In this document: in pieces, positions 1-8,977 of the stretch
Numbering within the stretch: position 1 is the stretch's first letter
How the letters are laid out: every line of letters starts with the position of its first letter
Assembly (NCBI GenBank): GCA_000004985.1
Contig: GG738853.1
Direction: 5' to 3' (one strand)
From: Naegleria gruberi
Lineage: Eukaryota
DNA length: 64,000 bases
Notes under the pieces: model-generated
Database searches by the model: none
What the model was told of the DNA's origin: nothing
Seen by the model: the letters and a program-made list of their open reading frames with translations, nothing else
Program-made: the position numbers and the translations under genes

Positions 1-8
1 ATACTTTA

Positions 9-1259
9 TTAAAATGTTTCTTTATAGGTTCCATCATACCACAACTTCAAAGAAATCATTCCGAATGAAACTGTAACCAGTTGAGTGATTGAATTATGAG
101 AAACACTTAATCTATAAACCATGTTTCGAACATGATCCCATCCTTCCATGAATTCCAATTGTCTATTGCAATGTTCATTAAACTCATTCAACTCCTCTCC
201 TAAAAATGAATAATCATTGTCTTCGATAACTGGAAAACTGAAATCATTTGATGATGTACTACTTGTTGTTGATGTAGAATCGTTGAATATTGTTATTCCT
301 TCCCCATCTTCAAATTCCGATTCATAATTATTATTATCTAAACTATATTGATTCAAAGTCCATCGTCCATTTCCGAATGTTGGTAAATATGGAAATTCAA
401 ACACATATCTTGAAACATTTCCTTTTGTAAAACAGCCAATAGAATCGTATCCAAGAACCTTTCTACTTCTAATTGTACAATGTTCTCCATACATATCAAA
501 GTAACTGGTAAATACATTTCTGGTACACTTTGAAACTGGCATACAGAATACAACTTTCTTGAATCCATTTGCTACTCTACCAATCATACGATCACAAATA
601 TCCTTTTCCAATCTTTTCATTTCCAAAAAATGTAAGAAATCTTGTAGTTCATATTTGTTAAAGGTGAAAATCTTATCATCATCTGTATAACCGGAATAAA
701 TTGATTCATGGTTAACATTATGTTGATTATTTTCAAGTGGAGAAGGAAGATATAATATTTTAGGTTCAATAGAAGTGAATGGATTATTGCCCTTTTTGAT
801 TTGTTGCTTGTATATGAGAGATTTTTTAAAGATTGGAAAGTCATTTTCATCTCTAGGAAATTCTTCTTCTTCCTTCACTATGATGTTGTTGTTGTTGTTA
901 TTGGTTAGCATTTGTTGTCTAGCCTTTTGTGTTGGCCATCTAACCATAGAAAGCTCCTCTCTATGCTTCTTGAATAAAGAGCGAAGTTTGAAAGAAGATG
1001 TACCAAGTACTTTAGCAGCTTGCTCTTGGCTTAAGTGAAGAACGGACTTCAGTTCATCCAATGTTAATTGCTTCTTCTTTGGTGAAGTTCCATCCAGTGG
1101 ATTGTAGTGAATGAAGGACATTGGTGGGAGATGTTGTGTGCTGTTGTTAATAGGTACGGTGTTGTTTTGAACATTTTTTTTACCATGTGTTTTTTGTACG
1201 GATGTATTTATAGAACAATTTTGACAACGCCAGCGAAAGTAAACACAGAGAAGCCACAC
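9..1259 (-). CDS. RWP-RK domain transcription factor (NIN-like / MID-like family)
   Basis: The 416-aa ORF contains 'LTLDELKSVLHLSQEQAAKVLGTSSFKLRSLFKKHREELSMVRWPTQK', which matches the RWP-RK DNA-binding domain consensus (helix, then RWPxRK). It is followed by a poly-Asn/acidic low-complexity stretch. The ORF is complete, with its stop near position 6-8. Confidence 0.6.
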   Translation of the reverse strand: MWLLCVYFRWRCQNCSINTSVQKTHGKKNVQNNTVPINNSTQHLPPMSFIHYNPLDGTSPKKKQLTLDELKSVLHLSQEQAAKVLGTSSFKLRSLFKKHREELSMVRWPTQKARQQMLTNNNNNNIIVKEEEEFPRDENDFPIFKKSLIYKQQIKKGNNPFTSIEPKILYLPSPLENNQHNVNHESIYSGYTDDDKIFTFNKYELQDFLHFLEMKRLEKDICDRMIGRVANGFKKVVFCMPVSKCTRNVFTSYFDMYGEHCTIRSRKVLGYDSIGCFTKGNVSRYVFEFPYLPTFGNGRWTLNQYSLDNNNYESEFEDGEGITIFNDSTSTTSSTSSNDFSFPVIEDNDYSFLGEELNEFNEHCNRQLEFMEGWDHVRNMVYRLSVSHNSITQLVTVSFGMISLKLWYDGTYKETF

Positions 1260-1504
1260 ATTTTTAACACGTTGTTTACCTTGTTATCTTCCTCTGAATT
1301 AATAAACATACCAATTGTAATTAATTCATTATTTATTTTGGTTCCCCAATTACCTCGTACAAGAAAGTATTATGATTGTGATAGATCCATTGGAGTGTAG
1401 ATAAATAAGGACTGTGAAACCCATAAGAGTGTATTAACACTTACATTTTTTTGTCAAATACACAAATTGTAGAGATTAATATAGCATGATAAGAACCCCT
1501 CGAG

Positions 1505-1993
1505 TTGTTGCCTGCCTTTGGCAAATGGGAGGTAATTACTCAGGAAATTGCAACACAAGCTACAGAGAATTTCAAGGATGATCCTGACGTTCTTTTTAAA
1601 GTCATTCGAACCGATATTGCTCAACAAGTTGTCTCAAGAAATGGTCTTTTATTGCAATATTTCTCCCCACAAATCAGAGCAAACGTCGATGTTGTGAAAA
1701 TGGCCATTCAACAGAATCCACCCTCTCTTCAAAAGAGTTTAGTCCAGAACGAGGAAATAGTAACAAAAGCAATTCAATATGATGGATCAGTGCTACAATT
1801 CGCACAAACACAATTTAAATCAAGACAATTAGTATTGGAAGCTGTCAAACAACATAATCTTGCTCTTCAATTCACACAGGATCCTTCTTTGGTGATGGAT
1901 AGAGAAATTATTGTGGAAGCTTTGAATAATGGTCTGCCTTGTAGATCCAACGTGGAGGAGAGACAAGGAAATTGTGTTGATTGCCTTGAGTAA
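1505..1993 (+). CDS. DUF4116 repeat protein. The ORF is truncated by an apparent +1 frameshift near 1925-1945, and DUF4116-like coding continues in another frame to about 2104.
   Basis: It carries tandem repeats of about 30 aa of the form 'NGLLLQYFSPQIRANVDVVKMAIQQNP...DREIIVEALNNGL', typical of DUF4116. The shifted frame reads 'RDKEIVLIALSNDVRAYRLIDSSLRSDEDILKV', another repeat unit. There is no in-frame ATG near the 5' end, so an upstream exon or different start is likely. Confidence 0.5.
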   Translation: MLPAFGKWEVITQEIATQATENFKDDPDVLFKVIRTDIAQQVVSRNGLLLQYFSPQIRANVDVVKMAIQQNPPSLQKSLVQNEEIVTKAIQYDGSVLQFAQTQFKSRQLVLEAVKQHNLALQFTQDPSLVMDREIIVEALNNGLPCRSNVEERQGNCVDCLE

Positions 1994-2231
1994 TGATGTT
2001 AGAGCATACAGATTAATAGATTCTTCGTTGAGAAGCGATGAAGATATTCTAAAGGTTTACTCCAACTCTACCAGTTGTTGGACTATTACATTCGATGAAA
2101 AGTAAACACGTTGATTATTCAAAGAATAGTTTCTTGACCACATACCATGCATTTTAGGAGACAAATTGATTGTTTTTTTTGAAAATATTAATCATAACTT
2201 GGTTCTGGCATGTTTTCATGACATAGGTCTC

Positions 2232-2975
2232 TTATCTTTCCACATCCCTTTCCCACTGATAAATATTTTCATGATCTTTTGATGACATGCATAACATCCT
2301 TGATACATTATACATTTGACTGTAGTATTCTGCTGCGTCATCAAGCCACTCATATTTATCAAACTTTTCCTTAATTGCTGATTGATATTGATGAACTAAC
2401 TCTATCCACACATTATTATCTTTCAAGAGTTGTGGAATAATGTCCAAAGATGATAAAACAAGCAAAACACCTTGACTGTCAATATTTTCAAGATAAGGGC
2501 GTAAATTTTGAAGCATAATATTACCAATTAAATGCTTTTGGGTATCTTCAAGCTCAAATGAGGAGAGAAGAGCAAACGTAATCCTAAATCTCCATTCATT
2601 ATCCAGTGGTTCGAATTTGAGAATTAAAGTTCCAATTTCCTCAACACTTATGAATTCTGCTTCCAAACCAACCACAATTCTCATAATCTCATTTCTATTG
2701 TCTGTTTGCGTAATTACGATTAATTCTGATTCTGATTCTACAATTTTTTTAATGGTAATATTAAAGCCACCTACAACTAATCTCCATTTGCATAACAGTT
2801 CAAATGATTTGGAGGTACTATTTGGGAGTAAACGAAGAATCTGCTTATCCAGCTCATCAATCAAATTGCTTCTATAAACTGGTGTTGAGATTGAATAAAC
2901 CATCCGCTCCATAATTCCCAAATATTCTGTAAAATTAGGGTATCTCAAGTAATAACCCAATACTTGAACTATCAT
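2232..2975 (-). CDS. hypothetical protein (no recognisable domain); possibly the 3' exon of a larger gene
   Basis: A 247-aa ORF with coding-like composition. No motif was recognised. Confidence 0.3.
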   Translation of the reverse strand: MIVQVLGYYLRYPNFTEYLGIMERMVYSISTPVYRSNLIDELDKQILRLLPNSTSKSFELLCKWRLVVGGFNITIKKIVESESELIVITQTDNRNEIMRIVVGLEAEFISVEEIGTLILKFEPLDNEWRFRITFALLSSFELEDTQKHLIGNIMLQNLRPYLENIDSQGVLLVLSSLDIIPQLLKDNNVWIELVHQYQSAIKEKFDKYEWLDDAAEYYSQMYNVSRMLCMSSKDHENIYQWERDVER

Positions 2976-3791
2976 TTTATCTAGAACATATTGTTGGTGT
3001 TTCTTAAAAGAAAACCAACAATAAATAAACTAATGGATATAAAGCTCACACTACAACTTCTACCTATTCTTAGGTAGTTTGTAGCCTGGTTACTGCTGTT
3101 TTTAGGCATTAAGCTTTATTCAGCAGGTCCAGAAATTAAATAAACTAATCAATACAATCATACTATGATTTCTTAACAAAAAGCAAAAACTAAACTAAAT
3201 TAAAGCAATCTGACAATAAACCAAGTTGTTTTTTGGAGAAACAACTCCCATATAAAAAAACCTACTCTTGTAGGAAAAAAAAATCGGTAAAAACCAAAAA
3301 GTTAAGAATTAAAAAACCTACTCAACCGTCTTGACACTTACGAATCAAAACGAGAATGAGAAAAGAGGTATGTTCAGTACATATTGCCTTACTAATAGTA
3401 AGGGAAAGGTATCAGATACCTTCTAATCAACATAAAATTGATCTGTCGGTTTTAGATCACCAACAATTGGTTTTAGATCACCAATCATGATAAAAAACAT
3501 CAATAAATGATGTCAAATATCAAATAATAATACAAAGATAAAAAGATGATAACAATCATCTTTCAATAATACAAATAGAGTGAAATCTTTCAATCAATTG
3601 AGAAAATATTTGAGGATTGATTAAAAAATCACATTCTAAAGTATTAAGGACAAAGGTTAGAACCTTTGATTTGAATAAACTAATAATAATAGAGGGTGGG
3701 CAAGGGTGGGACCATAGTATGACAATTTTTTTGAGCATACTTTCTATTATTAGTTTATTCAATTGTTGTTTTCAAGAAACACTACTTTATC

Positions 3792-4313
3792 TCAGTAAAC
3801 TTCGATAAGAACAGAAATATCAAAGAATGTGGAAGAGATAAGGTAGTTTAAACCCTTCTCAGCGTAAGAACTTGTAATACTACTCAATCCGCTTCTATGG
3901 AATAGGTTGAAAAATAGCAAAAGATAAACGCCACCAATATTTGTCAACTTGGTACAATCATCCTTGACGGTATAAAAAGAATCAACAATAGACTGTAAGT
4001 GCCTATGGGTTGGATTGTTTTCAAAATAACCAACCATTTCAAAACATGCTTTCAAAAATAAAAACTCCTCTTTGTATTTGCTTGTCTTGATATATTTCTC
4101 AAACTCTGTTTTAGCTTTGCCCAACCACTTCTCTTCTGGGTTTCTGTTGTGGTACACGCAAACAAACAAATAGGCAATAATGTAGCCAATAGAACTATCA
4201 TCAGAAAATTGTTGTGTGGAGAGATGATCGATGTTGTTCAACACTGTTGGGATCAATTGGTTGGTGAGTGGTTTTTCTGCAGCCGTTTTTATGTTTTGCA
4301 TAACTTGGTGCAT
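3792..4313 (-). CDS. hypothetical protein
   Basis: A 173-aa ORF whose GC content is higher than the flanking AT-rich spacer. No motif was recognised. Confidence 0.3.
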   Translation of the reverse strand: MHQVMQNIKTAAEKPLTNQLIPTVLNNIDHLSTQQFSDDSSIGYIIAYLFVCVYHNRNPEEKWLGKAKTEFEKYIKTSKYKEEFLFLKACFEMVGYFENNPTHRHLQSIVDSFYTVKDDCTKLTNIGGVYLLLFFNLFHRSGLSSITSSYAEKGLNYLISSTFFDISVLIEVY

Positions 4314-4902
4314 TTGTGAGGGTTAGATACTAAACATTTTTTTGAGGCAAGGTAAATTTTTATTTATTTTTCTTAACTAGGGTTAATTTTCCCAAACTGT
4401 TTACTTTTTATTCAAAACCTTATTGAAAATAAATTATTATTGAAAGTAAGCGATACCAACAACCACCCATTGTTAGAACCTAGTATTAAATTAATATGCT
4501 CTGAGTCTTTTCAACTGCGCCAAGACCCCGACACATTATCAACCTTAATTCTCAATTCTTAACTCAATAAACGCCTCTCCAAACAAAAAAACATAAATAA
4601 CAGTTGTTTGAAATCTTATTCTAAACCAAACTAATCCTTTATTAATACCACTAACAATCATTACAATTCGCCAACCAGCAAAAACAAAAAGGATAGCATA
4701 ATAAGAACTCCTCCAGTTGTTGCCTGAAAATATATCAATAAAATTAAATAAACTCCCAAAGAAATTGTAATCCTAGTGTTCAAGCCAAATTACACTCAAT
4801 ATGTAATGGTAAATAAGTCGGGTCCAAATTTCAGATTTAAAGGTTTTCAAGCTTGGAGATTGTTTTTGAGAAAATTTTAATAATCGTGAAAAAACTGGAA
4901 GT

Positions 4903-5829
4903 TTGGATTTTGGAACGTTAAAAAAAATGAATGCAAATATCAAGAGCCATTTAAACAATTTGAAAATTAATGTGTTGGATGATTGGGTGGATCAGTGTGT
5001 TCAATTTATCGGGATTGAAGAACCTCATCTACGATCCAATATCAATGGTATGAAAGAAGCAGTTTATCAACAATTTTTATGTTCCGATTATGATCAGTGT
5101 GCTATGAAACCTTCCCCAAACTTTAAATTATTTTCCAATATTGAAGAACAACATGGTCAGATATTGAATGGTCCTTTTGTTTTACAAATTAATGATATTT
5201 GGGATATTGGTATACCAACAACTGAACAAATTGATATGAAGGAATTAGTACCACAAAATAATGAAGATGTTGAAGAAGGAGAAGCCCTGTTTACTGATGC
5301 TCTTCAAACAGAAATTGTTGGATCTAAAGGAAAACGAGATTATACCAATTCATCATATAGTAGAAGAATGTTGAAATTTACTTTGAGTGATGGACATGTA
5401 AATAATATTCAAGCTGTAGAATATAAACCACTTGATAGCCTTTCTCTGAAAACTCCACTTGGATGTAAGATTAAATTAACAAAGGTTTTAGTGAGGAGAG
5501 GTATTTTACTTTTAATTCCAGAATGCATCTCAATTCTTGGTGGAAGTGTAGAAGAAATGATTGAGGCAAAGAAAGTATTCAAGACTAATTTAGCAGCTAA
5601 AAGAAGTGGAAAGTTGGATTTAAAGGAGAAAATAGAAGAGAATATTGCACGCCATCAAAATCAGCAAAATGTGGCAAGAAATAACACAAGTGTCATAAAT
5701 CAAGCACCTGTCTCTAATGTTAAACAAGAAGAGGAAGAATTAATGATGTTTGATGATGATGAAAATATCATTGAGGAATATGATGAAGAAGAAAGTTACA
5801 ATTCAGACACTAAAAGAACAAAGAGATAA
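4903..5829 (+). CDS. RMI1: RMI1-like protein (RecQ-mediated genome instability 1; DUF1767 plus OB-fold)
   Basis: The N-terminal 'LDDWVDQCVQFI' is DUF1767-like. The segment 'RRMLKFTLSDGHVNNIQAVEYKPLDSLSLKTPLGCKIKLTKVLVRRGILLLIPECISILGGSVEEM' matches the RMI1 OB-fold core (compare human 'MLKLTLTDGH..AVEYKPIPSLSL..PGTK..L.G...V..G.LLL......VLGGEVE'). It ends in an acidic/basic C-terminal tail. The real start may be the Met at 4927. Confidence 0.55.
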   Translation: MDFGTLKKMNANIKSHLNNLKINVLDDWVDQCVQFIGIEEPHLRSNINGMKEAVYQQFLCSDYDQCAMKPSPNFKLFSNIEEQHGQILNGPFVLQINDIWDIGIPTTEQIDMKELVPQNNEDVEEGEALFTDALQTEIVGSKGKRDYTNSSYSRRMLKFTLSDGHVNNIQAVEYKPLDSLSLKTPLGCKIKLTKVLVRRGILLLIPECISILGGSVEEMIEAKKVFKTNLAAKRSGKLDLKEKIEENIARHQNQQNVARNNTSVINQAPVSNVKQEEEELMMFDDDENIIEEYDEEESYNSDTKRTKR

Positions 5830-5830
5830 T

Positions 5831-7074
5831 TTACTTTTTATTCTTTTGTTTTTTGCTTTGCTTTTCCTCGCTGTCATTCTTATTTGAGGATTGATCAATC
5901 TTACGGATTAAACTAGAGTAAATATTGTCCAAAACTAAATCTTCCTTGTTGAATGAAACTTGAACAGATGAAGTAGTTGTTTCATATTTCAATTCTTCAC
6001 CAGAAAGGGAAACATTCACAACATGAACATTTGGAGATGAAGAAGTAAATAAATTAATCTTAGTCTTGCCTTCTTGTGTAAAAACTTGGAAGTTCAAAAT
6101 CTCACTACCCAATTGAATATTGCACTTAGGTGTTAATGTAGCTGTTTCAGTATTTAAATGCAAAACTTGAATATAATCAGCTTGTTCATAGAGAACCAAA
6201 ATAAGTGTAACTCCATTAATAGTAATTGATTGTAATACATTTGGATAGTTGTTTTCGCCACAATCATAACTGAACTTGAGAGCTTCATCAGCATCAATCA
6301 AGTGCTTCCAAACTTTGATAGTTCTATCAGTACTGGCAGAAACCAACACTAAAAGTTCAATAAATATTTAAATTTAAAAACTTACAATCTTCTGTTGCCA
6401 AACAAATACAAGAAACCATTTCAGTATGTCCCAAACAGAAATTATGAACCAAATAATATTCAGGATAATTTGTAACTCTAATCTTTTCATCTCTGTCACT
6501 AGTAATGATATACTTGTCTCCAATAATTAAACCTGTCAACATGGCAAGATGACCCATTTTAGGTGGTGGTTTCTTAATGATATTTGGAGTAGTAGCATTG
6601 AGATCAAAAACTTTCAATAAATCAATAATATAAACATCTCCGAACTTGTCGCCAATCCACAATTCCTTGTTGGTTGGTTGAATAGCAATACAATTTGGCT
6701 TCTTGATAAGTTCAATTTTACCAATCAACTTTAAAGAAGTATTGTTATTTTCCAAAGCAAAAACATGAACAACTTTGTCTTCAGTTCCAGCAACAATGAA
6801 ATATTTTCCTTCAAAAAGCATTGCTTTTACACTTGACTTTTCCAATTTATGATGGATTAATTGTGTTGAAAGGCTTTTCATCATTAAAATACAATCAATA
6901 CACATTCTTCAAGCTTGAAAAAACCTACCTTTCATCCAAAATATAGATATTTTCACCAACAGCCAAAGCAACTAATTTTTCCTCCTTTGATACAGCAAAT
7001 GATGGTAAACTAGAGACCGATGGTGCTTTAACTTCAACAGCAGCAGCGTTGTTAATTTCTTCTGAAGACGACAT
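5831..7074 (-). CDS. WDR4: WDR4/Trm82-like WD40 protein, the non-catalytic subunit of tRNA m7G46 methyltransferase. Three exons: join(6929..7074, 6386..6873, 5831..6348).
   Basis: It contains 'TSDRDEKIRVTNYPEYYLVHNFCLGHTEMVSCI', matching the conserved WDR4 'ADRDEKIRVS....FCLGHTEFVS' block, and WD repeats such as 'SASTDRTIKVWKH'. Intron 1 spans 6874-6928 (55 nt, GTAGGT..AG). Intron 2 spans 6349-6385 (37 nt, GTAAGT..TTTTAG). Phases check out (146+488+518 = 1152 nt). The start Met lies in an exon the ORF track missed, reading 'MSSSEEINNAAAVEVKAPSVSSLPSF...'. Confidence 0.6.
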
Positions 7075-7406
7075 TTTTTTCAAATTTTCAATGTTTTATT
7101 GTTGTTGGTTTAATTTGTGTTGTTGTTGGTGATGGTGTGCAAATGTTCATGAACAAAATTGCACTCCAATGTAAAAACTCATACAACTACAACTTTATTC
7201 ATTGTTGGTTTCATAGACAATAACATGAAGATGGATTAAATTATCGGATAGTGTTGAAATGATTTTGAAAAATATTAAAATAATAATTACATAATTATTA
7301 AATATTGATACAACATCAGTGTAGTAGCATATAACTATGATAATTGATGAACAAACATATTAGTTTTACTTTATAATTATTAATAATAGGATTCCCTCCA
7401 AAAAAA

Positions 7407-8954
7407 ATGCTTCAACCAACACCACAACAATCATCGGGTGTTGCGAATTTATCATCATCAACATCTGGAAGAACAAATCATTCCTCGAATCAATCCGTTC
7501 CGATGGGTATTAATAATGCAAATAATTCATCTTTAATTCAATCGGATCCACCAACAAGATATAGTACTTCTCCGAATCAATTTGATCAATATATGAAAAA
7601 GAAGAAAAGAGTTTTCAATCATGAAAAGTATTTTATTGTAGAAAATTTAACTGGGAAAGATCCAAAAACAACAACAATGCCTAATTGTACAAAAATTTAC
7701 TTTGTGAATGATTTTGCTAGTAATTTTGCTAAAATTCAACATCTTCTTCCTGATGAAATAGTCGTACAGATTTTAAGCTTTATTTCTTTTCCTCTTGGTA
7801 CTTATATGAAACGTATTTTCCATCAAAATAATAGACAATTTGTGTATGATTACAATCAACTAGTTAATGAAAGTAAGAATGATACAAAGAACTTGATTCC
7901 TGATTTTATGAAGGAAAATATTACTTTAATTCAAACATGGAGAGTAGGTATCTTTCTGAATCATAATATTTAACAAACAAAGGATATCACAAAATTACTT
8001 TACGGAAAACGTGTTATTGCTGGTAGCTCAAGTAGTGACATTATGGATTGTAGTGATGATGAAATTAAACATGGAAGACCTTTCCGTATTTGGTCTAATC
8101 TTGATTGTGCAATTCAATCCTGTTATGAATATGACCAAGAGTTACCTCTTAACACAAAACAAATAAGAACAGTTTTATTCTGTTTCTCGCAAATATTAGG
8201 ATTTGACTTTAGTGGAAATACTTCATTTAATAATAGATGCTTGAAATATTTAATTCAAAGAAATCCAAAATTAGAAACCTTGAATTTGAAAGTAACTAGG
8301 GTTGACTATGATGGACTAGTTCATTTACTCAACAAGCAATCTGATAATAATACTTTGAGGGAATTGAAGTTAACAAGAACCCTCTTGAGATCATCAATTC
8401 CTATGGATTTTTATGGAAAGCTAAAAGCTCTTCGTTCTTTGGATATTGTAAATCATCAACTCAAAGATACTGATGTTGTAAAAATTATTCAATCAAGACC
8501 TTTCATTCACCTCAACCTAAGTGGCTCATCAATTCCTATTGAAATTGTAACTGTAAAGACTCTCACCTCCTTAATTCTGGAGGATTGTGCTTTGAGTGCT
8601 GAAATTGCCAAAACAATAATTGAAAAATTGGATCGTCTCAAGCAATTGGATCTAAGCAAAAATAATGGCCTTACACCAGAGGTATTTGACAATATTGCTA
8701 AAAACGAAAATTTACTGCAATTGAGGTTGGCAGGTACAGATGTCAATGATGATGTGATAAAGAATATCGCTAAGAGTGGATCCATGACTTTACTCGACTT
8801 GGATAGCACCAAAATAACAACTAAGGGTATTAAGACAGCAGTAGAGGGTAATATAGTCAAATCTCTCACTTGTCTAAGTGTCAGAAATTGTGGAATTACA
8901 CCACAAATTGCCAAAACAGAATTTCCAAACAATACCAAAATACTCAAACTTTAA
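7407..8954 (+). CDS. F-box / leucine-rich-repeat protein; 2 exons, join(7407..7943, 7983..8954)
   Basis: The F-box reads 'LPDEIVVQILSFISFPLGTYMKRIF'. The C-terminal half is LRR ('LETLNLKVTRVDYDGLVHLL', 'LKQLDLSKNNGLTPEVFDNIAKNENLLQLRLAGTDV'). A 39-nt intron (GTAGGT...CAAAG) removes the in-frame stop separating the two track ORFs, which are in the same frame. Confidence 0.55.
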
Positions 8955-8977
8955 ATTATTAAATTATTACTTAAGAT

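Noticed and set aside
1928-1945. A 13-nt GT..AG segment that would restore the DUF4116 reading frame if spliced
   Set aside because: It is far below the minimal spliceosomal intron length. Even the shortest credible introns in this window are 37 nt or longer. The frame break is interpreted as a frameshift or sequencing error instead.
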